Origin: Pristiophorus japonicus
Taxonomy: Eukaryota
DNA: 64,000 bases
Assembly: GCF_044704955.1 (NCBI RefSeq)
Contig: NC_091982.1
Span: 225,928,001 to 225,992,000, forward strand
Direction of reading: 5' to 3'
Each line of letters starts with the position of its first letter. Position 1 is the first letter of the stretch. This document shows positions 1 through 11,544 of this stretch, in pieces. Below the pieces are notes generated by a model. That model did no database searches and was not told where the DNA came from. It saw nothing but the letters and a program-made list of their open reading frames with translations. Made by a program: the position numbers and the translations under genes.

Positions 1-81
1 TGGTACTTGAAATTCCAGCTGTTGCCGCTCCGCTCTGCCCCCCGCTCCCCCCGCTCCTCCCCAGCCACTAGTGTCCCCAAC

Positions 82-717
82 ACATCATGTTGGCCTTCAT
101 AGCTAGGGAATTTGAGGTCTTACTGCAGTTGTATAGGGCCTTAGTGAGGCTTCACCTGGAATATTGTGTTCAGTTTTGGTCTCCTAATCTGAGAAAGGAC
201 GTTCTTGCTATTGAGGGAGTGCAGCGAAGGTTCACCAGACTGATTCCCGGGATGGCAGAACTGACATATGAGGAGAGACTGGATCGACTGGGCATGTATT
301 CACTGGAGTTTAGAAGGATGAGAGGGGATCTCATAGAAACATATAAAATTCTGACGGAACGGGACAGGCTAGATGCAGGAAGAATGTTCCCGATGTTGGG
401 GAAGTCCAGAATGAGGGGACATAGTCTAAGGATAAGGGATAAGCCATTTAGGACTGAGATGAGGAGAAACTTCTTCACTCAGAGAGTTGTTAACCTGTGG
501 AATTCTCTACCGCAGAGAGTTGTTGATGCCAGTTCATTGGATATATTCAAGAGGGAGCTAGATATGGCCCTTACGGCTAAAGGGATCAAGGGGTATGGAG
601 AGAAAGCAGGAAAGGGTGAGGTGAATGATCAGCCATGATCTTATTGAGTGGTGGTACAGGCTCGAAGGGCCGAATGGCCTACTCCTGCACCTATTTTCTA
701 TGTTTCTATGTTTCTAT
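82..717 (+). mobile_element. CR1 LINE 3' fragment (subfamily 'A', TTTCTATG tail)
   Basis: ORF 87-638 is the CR1 ORF2 C-terminus (LVRLHLEYCVQFWSP, LEFRRMRGDLIETYK, FFTQRVVNLWNSLP). It is followed by the CR1 3'UTR hairpin and (TTTCTATG)n microsatellite tail at ~695-717. Confidence 0.93.
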
Positions 718-896
718 GATGATATTCCTGGAGTGGCAGTAAAATACTCAAACTAACTGACTTTACATTATCAGCAAAGTCAGCTCCTTCCTGTACAGGT
801 ACACACAACAGTGTCAGCACCTGTGGTGTTGCGCAGGGCCCATTACTGTATATTTCACTGTAGTGGACATCATAGCTGAGCGTGTCACCTGACATT

Positions 897-1109
897 TGTT
901 ATGTCTTGCATAAAGAATCTGACCAGATACTGTAAGCTCAAAGTAATGTGTGACTGTAGTTCTTTATTATGGGTCTCCAGAGCGCCTCTCCAGCCTGTGA
1001 GGTCTCCTTATATACAGGTGCTCCCAAGGGATTATGGGATCCCTTGGGACTCCAGGCAATGAGTCCTCTGGTGGTTAAACAAGGTATTTACAGGTTTACA
1101 TATATAACA
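897..1109. mobile_element. Solo LTR (Gypsy-type)
   Basis: TG...CA ends and near-perfect 5-bp TSD ACATT/ACATC. Clearly homologous to the solo LTR at 52309-52517 (shared gctcccaagggattatgggatccct, acatatataaca). Confidence 0.85.
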
Positions 1110-1929
1110 ACATCCACATAGCTGATCTTTCCAGCAAGAGTTACCCTCAGTCAGGATAGGTAATGACTGTTGTATATTTTGACAGCACACTTACCAACTG
1201 ACCCATCTCTTACATAGTCGAAAACTTCTGAATGTTCAAACTGAACTTTTTGATTGGTTCTAGGCTAGGATCTGACTTAGCACATTGAATGGATTCACTA
1301 AAAAATCTCAGATTTGTCTCAGGGAGCTGTTAAAACAATCTTAGCTGTCAAAATACACCCAACTGGGTCCATGGAACTGCACAGAACCCACTTGGATAAT
1401 CCTAATGAGGGACTCGGAAAGGGACATAGCAGCTCTAAGGAATTAATAAAAATGGTTGTTCCGACATGTGTAGATAGCTTATTGTAGCCACTGTGGTTAA
1501 GTTAGGGCAGAATAGTCAATGACCTAAATTGTTGCATGGAGCTCGGCAAACTGTCCTGTATTTCCTTACGGGATAATCAGCCCAGTTTGGATTGAGTTCT
1601 GCAACCCATCCTAGTCCTCACTGAGAGGTATAAATATCTTCGGTCAATAAACAGAAACTTCAGAGGATAATCTGAACTGGAATGCTAGGGCATGGATTTG
1701 CCCCCACAAATGTACACATGGTGTGTTTCTGAACGATGCTATCATATGGAGTCGCTAAATGAAAGTTCACAAACTTTTTTCCACAGTGGGGAGGAAGACC
1801 AAAGAAACATTTCCTGGAATTCCCTCACACAGCATTTCAACTTTGGTTATTGAGTAACATTGGCAGCTTTTGGAGCATAACTCCAACCCATCCTCTTGGC
1901 TAAAGAAGGTGAATTCACCCTGTGAAAAA

Positions 1930-2379
1930 AAATTGCATTTATATAGTGCCTTTCACGACCATCGGCAGTCCCAAAGCACTTTACAGCCAATGAAGTACTT
2001 TTTGGAGTGTAATCACTGTAATGTAGGAAATGTGGCAGTCAATTTGCACACAACAAGCTCCCACAAACAGCAATGTGATAATGACCAGATAATCTGTTTT
2101 AGTGATGTTGATTGAGAGATAAATATTGGCCAGCACACCGGGGATAACTCCCCTGCTCTTCTTCAAAATAGTGCCGTGGGATCTTTTATGTCCACCTAAA
2201 GGAGCAGACGGGGCCTCGGTTTAACGTCTCATCCAAAAGATGACACCTCTGACAGTGCAGTACTCCCTCAGTACTGCACTGGATTTTTGTGCTCGAGTCT
2301 CTGGAGTGTGACTTGAACCCACAACCTTCCGACTCACAGGCAAGTGTGCTATCCACTGGGTCACGGCTGACACTAAAGT
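1930..2379 (-). mobile_element. Deu-domain tRNA-derived SINE (SacSINE1/AmnSINE1-like), near full length
   Basis: The reverse complement has a tRNA-like head (A box, B box GGGTTCAAGTC), the Deu core (ggatgagacgttaaaccgaggccccgtctg...aaaagatccca) and an L2-like tail (...tatataaatgcaa). Confidence 0.85.
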
Positions 2380-2411
2380 GGCTACTTTCAAATTGCTTTG
2401 CCATGGGTATG

Positions 2412-3148
2412 ACTTTAGTGCCAGCTGTTGCTCAGTTGGTAGCTTCAAGGATGGCGATTGGAGTATGGGCAGGAACTTCAGCGGAGCCCAGGTACAACAG
2501 AGGTGCGGGCCAATGATCGTGGTGGAGGTGCGGCGAATGACTGGGGCAGAGGAGCGGAGAGAGATCGGGGTCCAGGAGCCACGTGATCGGGGCCCAGGAG
2601 AGGCGTGAGTTCGGGGCGAGAAGAGGCGAGAGCCCAGGGGCAGCATGGGCCAGCCCACACTGCGATATGTGTGTGCACTAGGTCCGTGCAGCAGAGCTGG
2701 TCTCCAGTCATCCTGGTTAATCCTTGCCACTGGACCAAGACCTAGCTCTGTCAAGCCCGTGTGGTGGCTGGTGTGCAATGGTCACCTCACGTTAAAAAAA
2801 TTCACGCACAGACATCTTCCACTCTTCAACATGTAGCTCGCGACCTGGAATATCAGGTCCTTCATCGAAACACCTATGAACTCATCCCTTTTTGGTGTGG
2901 AAGCAAGTCATCCTCGAGACGAGGGACTGCCTAAGAAGGAGTTAATAGCACTCTCGTCTCTGAGTCAGAAGGTTATGAGATCAAGTCCCACTCCAGAGAC
3001 TTGAGCACAAAAATTTGGCTGACGCTCTAGGGCAGTGCTGAGAGAGAGTTGCATTGTCGGAGGTACCGTCTTTCGGATGAGACGTTAAACCGAGGCCCCG
3101 TCTGCCCTCTCAGGTGGTCGTAAAAGATCCCATGACACTATTTCGAAG
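2412..3148 (+). mobile_element. Deu-domain SINE, 3'-truncated, head interrupted by insertion 2444-2939
   Basis: Head gtgccagctgttgctcagttggtagc resumes as tagcactctcgtctctgagtcagaagg after the insertion. Deu core at ~3060-3148. Confidence 0.8.
2444..2939 (+). mobile_element. Non-coding retroposon with RTE-type 3' tail
   Basis: Flanked by a diverged 10-bp TSD AGTTGGTAGC (2434-2443)/AGTTAATAGC (2940-2949). It ends gaagcaagtcatcctc...gagggactgcctaagaag, matching the 3' end of the RTE at 34347. Confidence 0.7.
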
Positions 3149-3154
3149 CAGAGG

Positions 3155-3266
3155 CTTGCATTGAGAGCGCCTTTCACGACCACCGGATGTCTCAAAGCGC
3201 TTCACAGGCAATGAAGTACTTTTGGAGTGTAGTCACTGTTGTAATGTGGGAAACGGCAGCCAATTG
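3155..3266 (-). mobile_element. Deu-SINE 3' tail fragment
   Basis: Homologous to 1934-2045 (gcctttcacgacca...caatgaagtacttttggagtgta). Confidence 0.75.
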
Positions 3267-3359
3267 GCACTCCCCAGCTGTGCGCTGGAGCACATTTACC
3301 TGCGCCAGGAATCCAGAGCCCCAGAGACACACCTTTGGGGCTCTGACCTACTTTGTGCA

Positions 3360-3990
3360 GTGGCTGTAGCAGCGTCACGTGAGCAGCCGCACACCTGGCC
3401 CGCCCGGCCCCGCCCCCTGGCTCCGCCCCCCGGGCCCGGGCCCGCCCCCCGGCCATCGATGCCTGTCCTCGCTCTGCGCTGGATTAACCCGTGAGGGGGA
3501 AAATGGCGGACCAGGCGGCGTTGTGCTCGGGGAGACACAGCCTGCGCGGCGGCGGCGGCAAGGTGGGCACTCGGAGGCGGGCGGGCGATGGGGACCGGGA
3601 GGGCCTGGGCCTCCCTTCCCTGCCCGCCGTGCGCGGGATGCGGCTTTGTCCGAGCGGAGGGGCCGGGCCGGGCCGGGCCGGGGCCGGGGCCTAGGCCCAG
3701 GTCCCGGAGCCAGGGTACACGCGGAGCCGGCGGGGAGGGGAGGGCAGGGCAGGGCAGGCCAGGCCAGGCCAGGCCAGGCCCGGGCCGGGGATCACCCTGC
3801 AGCTGTCGCGTGCCCCAGGCCCCGGCCGCTGCCCAAGCCGCTGCTGGGGAGCGGGCTTTGTAAATGTGTATTGCCGGCCCGGGGAATGAGAGAAGCACCG
3901 TTACTGTCCGCATCCCCCTCACCCTCCGGCCTACTGCACTGCTCCACACACACCCGCTTTTTGTTAATCATTCACACAGCTCCGGGAGCG
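3360..3990 (+). promoter_or_regulatory. CpG-island, TATA-less housekeeping promoter and first-exon region
   Basis: Very GC/CpG-rich. E-box CACGTG at 3376-3381, several GC boxes (CCCGCCCC at ~3409-3450), YY1-type AAAATGGCGG overlapping the start codon (3500-3509), and GGGCA/GGCCA pentamer runs at ~3740-3785. Confidence 0.85.
3503..3562 (+). CDS. U2SURP: U2SURP-family gene, first coding exon (MADQAALCSGRHSLRGGGGK)
   Basis: Strong Kozak ATG inside the CpG island, MAD start as in vertebrate U2SURP, phase-0 donor AAG|GTGGGC compatible with the exon at 26084. Confidence 0.75.
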
Positions 3991-5329
3991 CCTTTTCTAC
4001 TTTTGTAAAGTATATGTTTTAACCTAAGCATTTAAAAACACGTTACACAGTCCTCTTGGATCTAACTGAGGCTTCACCGCAGGATATGTTTGTAGAGAAA
4101 TGGTAATGCGTGCTGTCTTACATTGCCCTTTTCCTGATTCAAAGGGATGGGCAATTTTTTGAAAGGGTTGGGTGAAATAATTCATATTTTAGGTGTTAAA
4201 TGTTTCTGTTACTGTGTCAGCCATGCTGATGCATTTTAACCTCCGCAGTAGTGTCACCTTAACTTTTAGTAAGTGTATATTTTGTGAACTCAAAGGTTTT
4301 CTGGAAAAACATATTTCCTTGTATTGCGCATAAGGATTTAATGTTCTGATAGGCTTTATTGAATAAAGTGTTTCAGATTGGTTAACAGTAGCCAAATTAA
4401 CTAACTTTTGAAATAAAAATTTAACCGTAGCTGTTAAATGTTCCCCCATTTCTCCAGTTTGCCTCCCATGCTTGAGCTTTCAATCAGATGTGGCAAAGTT
4501 TGGGAACTCAGTAGTTTTGGGAAGGTCCCACGTCTCCACTTGTACATTGTTGTGGATTGTGATTGTCTTGGTTAAAAATCAGATTGTAAGAGTTATGATT
4601 TATTTTTGTGTAATATATTTCATTTTTTCCTCACAGGTGCAAGTGCTGCATTGCTGAGTTGTCCAACGCCAAAGCTATAAGAATAACTTGTGTATTATAC
4701 AAACAGGCATGTACTATTCTTTTGATATAACAAGTTTTAAACTTTTTCACGAAAACTGCAAGTAATTTTCAGTGGATGCGTGATCCTTGAATATTGGAAC
4801 AATCTTTTGAACAGTATAGTAAATTATCCTTATTTTCTGTTGACTTAACATTCTCATATACCATAGTTACTACTGTTTTCAGAAGTAAACAATTTTTCTT
4901 TAAGTACCTTAATGATCAGAGATGTACCATTCAGTCCTTGTATTTGCATTAGTTTAATATTCGATGTATGCATGGAGATAATTTGCTGGGCTATACTTGA
5001 ATTGAGGAGTTTAGCTACCATTGTGAACCCTAGCATTAAGTCTTCAACAGTTCATAAATATCTGAATAGCTGATTAGATATAAGAATAACTTGTGCAATA
5101 CATTGAACTCAGCTTGTGTCTTGTTTTACGTAACAAAATGTGGTAAGTCACACATTTGTTAGCTTTTGATGACCAATTTATTCACTGGTGTGGAGAAAGG
5201 TTTGCTTCTGAAGTAAAACTTGTGGGTGTGATTTTTAAGGTTGTGTATATGCCAGTCTAAAGTTTTTGTTTATATTAAACTTTTATATTAAATTGGAAGC
5301 TAACAATATTATAAATTGGAAGTAAAGAT

Positions 5330-7994
5330 GGAGGTCAGAGAAACCCAAGGCAAAAATCAAAAAGGGCCACATTATAGCAAAATTCTAAAGGGGCAAAGTG
5401 TGTTAAAAAGATAAGCCTGAAGGCTCTGTGCCTCAATGTGAAGAGTACTCGTAATAAGGTGGACAAATTAACTGCACAGGCAGCAATTAATGAATATGAT
5501 ATAATTGGCATCACGGCGACCTGGCTCCAGGGTGACCAAGGCTGGGAACTCAACATCCAGGGGTATTCAACCTTCAGGAAGGATAGACAGCAATGAAAAG
5601 AAAGTGGGGTAGCATTGCTGGTTAAAGAGGAAATTAACGCAATAGTAAGGAAGGACATTTGCTTGGATGATGTAGAATCTGTATGGGTGGAGCTGCGAAA
5701 TACCAAAGGGCAGAAAACGCTAGTGGGAGTTGTGTACAGACCACCAAACAGTAGTAGTGAGGTTGGGGACACCCATCAAACAAGAAATTAGGGATGCGTG
5801 CAATAAAGGCACAGCAGTTATCATCGGCGACTTTAATCTACATATAGATTGGGCTAACCAAACTGGCAGCAATGCGGTGGAGGAGGATTCCCTGGCAATG
5901 GCAAACATTTAAAGATCACATGGATGAACTTCAACAATTGTACATCCCTGTCTGAAATAAAAATAAAACGGGGAAGGTGGCTCAACCGTGGCTAACAAGG
6001 GAAATTAAGGATAGTGTTAAATCCAAGGAAGAGGCATATAAATTGGCCAGAAAAAGTAGCAAACCTGAGAACTGGGAGAAATGTATAATTCAGCAGAGGA
6101 GGACAAAGGGTTTAATTAGGAGAGGGAAAATAAAGTATGAGAGGAAGCTTGCCGGAACATAAAAACTGACTGCAAAAGCTTCTATAGATATGTGAAGAGA
6201 AAAAGATTAGTGAAGACAAACGTCGATCCCTTGCGGTCAGATTCAGGTGAATTTATAATGGGGAACAAAGAAATGGCAGACCAGTTGAACAAATACTTTG
6301 GTTCTGTCTTCACGAAGGAAAACACAAATAACCTTCCGGAAATACTAGGGGACCGAGGGTCTAGTGAGAAGGAGGAACTGAAGGAAATCCTTATTAGGCG
6401 GGAAATTGTGTTTGGGAAATTGATGGGATTGAAGGCCGATAAATCCCCGGAGCCTGATAGTCTGCATCCCAGAGTACTTAAGGAAGTGGCCCTAGAAATA
6501 GTGGATGCATTGGTGATCATTTTCCAACAGTCTATCGACTCTGGATCAGTTCCAATGGACTGGAGGGTAGCTAATGTAACACCACTTTTTAAAAAAGGAG
6601 GGAGAGAGAAACTGGGTAATTATAGACCGGTTAGCCTGACATCAGTAGTGGGGAAAATGTTGGAATCAATTATTAATGATGAAATAGCAGCGCATTTGGA
6701 AAGCAGTGACAGGATCGGTCCAAGTCAGCATGGATTTATGAAAGGGAAATCATGCTTGACAAATCTTCTGGCATTTTTTGAGGATGTAACTAGTAGAGTG
6801 GACAAGGGAGAACCAGTGGATGTGATGTATTTGGACTTTCAAAAGGCTTTTGACAAAGTCCCACACAAGAGATTGGTATACAAAATTAAAGTACATGGTA
6901 TTGAGGGTAATGTACTGACGTGGATAGAGAACTGGTTGGCAGACAGGAAACAGAGAGTCGGGATAAATGGGTCCTTTTCAGAATGGCGGGCAGTGACTAG
7001 TGGGGTGCCGCAGGGCTCAGTGCTGGGACCCCAACTATTTATAATATACATTAATGATTTAGATGAAGGAATGGAGTGTAATATCTCCCAAGTTTGCAGA
7101 TGTCACTAAGCTGGGTGGCGGGATGAGCTGTGAGGGGGACGCTAAGAGGCTGCAGGGTGACTTGGACAGGTTAGGTGAGTGGGCAAATGCATGGCAGGTG
7201 CAGTATTATGTGGATAAATGTGAGGTTATCCATTTTGGGGGCAAAAACACGAAGGCATAATATTATCTGAATGGCGGCAGATTAAGAAAAGGGGAGGTGC
7301 AACGAGACCCGGGTGTCATGGTACATCAGTCATTGAAAGTTGGTATGTAGGTACAGCAGGCGGAAGGCAAATGGTATGTTGGCCTTCATAGCTAGGGGAT
7401 TTGAGTATATGAGCAGGGAGGTCTTACTGCAGTTGCATTGGTGAGGCCTCACTTGGAATATTGTGTTCAGTTTTGGTCTCCTAATCTGAGGAAGGACATT
7501 CTTGCTATTGAGGGAGTGCAGCGTAGGTTCACCAGACTGATTCCCGGGATGGCAGGACTGACATATGAGGAGAGACTGGATCGACAGGGCCTGTATTCAT
7601 TGGAGTTTAGAAGGATGAGAGGTGATCTCATAGAAACATATAAAATTCTGACGGGACTGGACAGGTTCGATGCAGGAAGAATGTTTTCACTGATGGGGGC
7701 AACTAGAACTAGAGGGCATGATCTTAGAATAAGGGGTCACCCATTTAAAACAAATGTGGTGGAATTTCTTCTCAGAGGGTTGTAAATCTGGAATTTGCTA
7801 CCTCGGAGAGCTGTGGAAGCTGGGACATTGAATAAGTTTAAGACATAAATAGTTTCTTGAGCGATAAGGTGTTCTGGGGAGCGGGCGGGAAAGTGGAGCT
7901 GAGTCCATGATCAGATCAGCCATGATCTTATTGAATGGCGGAGCAGGCTCGAGGGGCCTTATGGCCTAATCCTCTCCTGTTTCGTATGTTCTTA
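5330..7994 (+). mobile_element. CR1 LINE ORF2 (APE endonuclease + RT), degenerate, internally deleted, chimeric 3' end
   Basis: APE motifs (IGDFN), RT motifs ([37 protein letters not shown]) with frameshifts and stops; CR1 tail tatgttctta at ~7985-7994. Confidence 0.95.
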
Positions 7995-8516
7995 TCAGTC
8001 ATTATTGCACTTGCCTTGTTGGAGAGTTTGTTCTTAGATTTTTTTTTAAAAAGAGGATTTTATTGATGCAATGTCACTCTTTATTTGTATAGAATTTCTA
8101 ATTGAGCTTTTCAGGAACCATATATGCCAACCTCTAGTAACAAACTGGTGGTGAATGTAGAAAAATTGTGAATTTAGTTGCTTGAGATAAGGATCATTAC
8201 TGTTCAGGACACAGGTCAAGATCCATTGACCCCTGTATGGAACTCAAACTCAGAGAATCCATACAGCACCAATGTAACATTTCAGGTGTTCATACAGCTC
8301 ATGGTTATGGATCTTCTGGGTAAAACTGCTCCGTGTTGAGTTTTAGTTTTGTGGAACAGATTCTCATGTCTAAAGAACTGTATTGTTTTATCTAGGACTA
8401 TTACATTTGTCAGAGGAAACTTTTCATATACAGATATCTTATAGCCCCTGGATGTTGGCATAAATTATTTATATTTAAGGACTCAACCGAATAACTTGAG
8501 CTACAAATGTAGATTA

Positions 8517-10028
8517 CATAAGAACATAACATAAGAAGCAGGAGTAGGCCATTTGGCCCCTCGAGCCTGCTCCGCCATTCAATAAGATCATGGCTGATCT
8601 GATCCTGGCCTCAACTCCATTTCCCCGCCCGCTCCCCATAACCCTTGACTCCCTTATCGTTCAAAAATTTGTTTACTTCAACCTTAAATACATTCAGTGA
8701 CCCAGCCTCCACAGCTCTTGGGCAGAGAATTCCAAAGATTCACAACCATCGGAGAAGAAATTCCTTCTCATTTCTGTTGTAAATGGGCGACCCCTTATTT
8801 TGAAACTATGCCCCCTCGTTCTGGATTCCCCCACGAGGGGAAACACCCTCTCTGCATCTACCCTATCAAGCCCCCTCAAAATCTCATGTTTCAATAAGAT
8901 CACCTCTCTTCTAAACGCCAATGAATTCAGCCCAACCTGCTCAACCTTTCGTCATATGACAACTCCTTCATCTCAGGAATCAACCTCATGAATTGTCTCT
9001 GAACTGCCTCAAATGCAAGTATATCCCTCCTTAAATGAGACCAAAATTGTACACAATACTCCAGGTGTGGTCTTACCAATGCCTTGTACAGTTGTAGCAG
9101 GACTTCCCTACTTTTATACGCCATCCCTCTTGCAATAAAGGCCAACATTTCATTTGCCTTCCTAATTACTTGCTGTACCTGCTTGCTAATTTTTTGTATT
9201 TCATGTACAAGGACCCCCAGATCCCTCAGTACCGCAGCATTTTGTAATCTCTCCCCATTTAAATAATAATTTGCTTTTTTATTTTTCCCAGCAAAGTGAA
9301 TAACCTCATATTTTCCCACATTATACTCCATCTGTGAAATTTTTGCCTACTCACTTAGCCTATCTATATCCCTTTGCAGATTCTTTGTGTCTGCCTCACA
9401 ACTTGCTTTCCCATCTATCTTTGTATCATCAGCAAATTGGCTACATTACACTTTGTTCTTTCATCCAAGTCATTAATATAGATTGTAAATAGTTGAGGCC
9501 CCAGCACTGACCTCTGTGGCACCCCTCTAGTTACAGTTTGCCAATCTGGAAATGAACCATTTATCCCGACTCTGTTTTCTGTTAGCCAATCCTTTATCCA
9601 CGCTAATATATTACCCCAACCCCGTGAGCTCTTATCTTGTGGTGCAGTAATCTTTTATGTGGCACCTTATTGAATGCTTTCTGGAAATTCAAATACACCA
9701 CATCTACTGGTTCCCCTTTATCCACCCTGCTCGTTACATCCTCAAAGAACCCCAGCAAATTTGTCAAACATGATTTCCCTTTCATAAAACCATGCTGACT
9801 CTGCTTGACTGCATTATGATTTTCTAAATAGCCTGCTACTATTTCCTTAATGATGGTGGATGTTAGGTTAACTGGTCTATAGTTTTCTGTTTTCTGTCTC
9901 CCTCCTTTCTGAAATAGGGTTTTCCAATCTGCTGGGACTTCTCCAGAATCCAGGGAATTTTGGTAGATTACAACCAATGCATCCACTATCTCTGCAGCCA
10001 CTTTTTAGGTTGCAGGCCATCAGGTCCA
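8517..10028 (-). mobile_element. CR1 LINE RT/3' fragment (subfamily 'B', TATGTTCT tail)
   Basis: Minus-strand ORFs 9603-10001, 8927-9331 and 8694-8921 are CR1 RT and C-terminal pieces; tail cataagaacataacataagaa at 8517. Confidence 0.93.
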
Positions 10029-10267
10029 GCACTGCAGTACTGTCATTAATGTCTCAGTAAAGTGCCCTGGTAGACAGGTGAAGTTTTATACTTTTATGTC
10101 CACATAAACTATATAAAGACAAAAGCCTTCCAGCAGTAGTGTGTGGTGTTCTAATAGCCATTTTGCAGAAAGGACATTATGCTTAGAAGGGTAGAGGGGA
10201 ATGGACATAACAGATGTAACTATTTCACCCATGGGGTGGTAAATATTTGGAATTGACTCTGATACAT

Positions 10268-10501
10268 TGATACATCCTTACTATACAGTATAAATGCACA
10301 CGAGGCCCATGCTTGAGAGAAGGTCAGTCTGTGACCTGTCCTTTATTCCTTAGCACACAAGTGATGAAGGTGGATGGAGCTTCCCCTTTTATACCTGAAG
10401 GTCCAGGTTAGGAGTGTCTCCCACCAAGTGGTCAGTGTTCTCACGGTGTACAACTTAGGTCAGTTTATACATGGGTTACAATGCTGGTTGAATACATGAC
10501 A
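10268..10501 (-). repeat. 3' LTR of Gypsy element
   Basis: TG...CA; about 6 differences from the 14149-14383 copy by eye; PPT adjacent. Confidence 0.95.
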
Positions 10502-10530
10502 TCACCTCCCCCCCCAAAGTCTTATTGGGA

Positions 10531-11544
10531 TCACAGGTTGAGTCTCTCTGGTGGTTTACGCTCCCTTGTAGAGCGCCTGAGTTGGGGCTCCGGTTGTTGG
10601 GCGCTGGCCTGAGTGTCTGCTGTTTGCGGTGCCTCAGGCCGGTCCGGACTGCCCACAGTGACTGGGCTCTCCTCCCTTTGGTTCCGGTGTTCGGTCACCT
10701 GTGGTGGAGTGAACTCTATATCGTGTTCTTCCTCTGCTTCTTCTATGGGGTTGCTGAACCTCCTTTTTGTTTGATCCACATGTTTGTGGCAGATTTGTCC
10801 ATTGGTAAGTTTAACTACCAGAATCCTATTTCCCTCTTTGACAACCACAGTGCCAGCGAGCCATTTGGGCCCTGCAGCGTAGTTGAGGACAAAAACAGGA
10901 TCATTTACATCAATACATCGCGCCCTCGCATTCCTGTCATGGTAGTCATATTGTGACTGGCGCCTGCTCTCGACAATTTCTTTCATGGTGGAGTGTATAA
11001 GGGATAACCGGGTTTTGAGCATCCTTTTCATTAGTAGCTCTGCGGGTGGAACTCCTGTGAGCGAGTGTGGTCGGGATCTATAGGCCAACAGGAGGCGTGA
11101 TAAGTGGGTTTCTAGGGAACCCCCTTGGATTCTGAGCATCCCCTGTTTGATTATCTGCACTGCTCGTTCTGCCTGGCCGTTTGAGGCCGGCTTGAACGGT
11201 GCTGTTCTGACATGGTTAATTCCATTGCCTGCCATGAAGTCCTGGAATTCAATGCTTGTGAAGCACGGGCCATTGCCGCTGACCAAGATGTCCGGTAGAC
11301 CGTGGGCGGCAAACTTTGCCCGTAGACTTTCTACCGTGGCAGAGGATGTGCTTGAATTTAAAATGTCACACTCGATCCATTTGGAGTAGGCGTCTACTAC
11401 AACCAAAAATATTTTCCCCATGAAAGGACCTGCATAGTCCACATGGATGCGTGACCAAGGCTTGGCAGGCCATGGCCAATGGGCTAAGGGGGGCTTCCCT
11501 GGGCGCATTGCCCAGCTGGGCACACGTGTTGCACCTGCGAACAC
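10531..11544 (-). pseudogene. Gypsy integrase core and C-terminus (frameshifted continuation of pol)
   Basis: WSRIHVDYAGP, SGNGP (normally SDNGP) and SNGQAER motifs; ends LRRSTRERKPPERL before the PPT. Confidence 0.92.

Noticed and set aside
716-760. ATGATGA...CTGA as a C/D snoRNA
   Set aside because: Too short, no terminal stem, overlaps a CR1 tail and is not intronic.
698-1920. Possible coding relic upstream of the promoter (ORF 698-895 and flank)
   Set aside because: No recognisable motifs and frequent stops after removing the solo LTR; left unannotated.
3202-4008. Several overlapping GC-rich ORFs (up to 217 aa)
   Set aside because: Stop-poor CpG island with low-complexity Gly/Pro/Arg translations; only 3503-3562 is supported by splice and homology logic.
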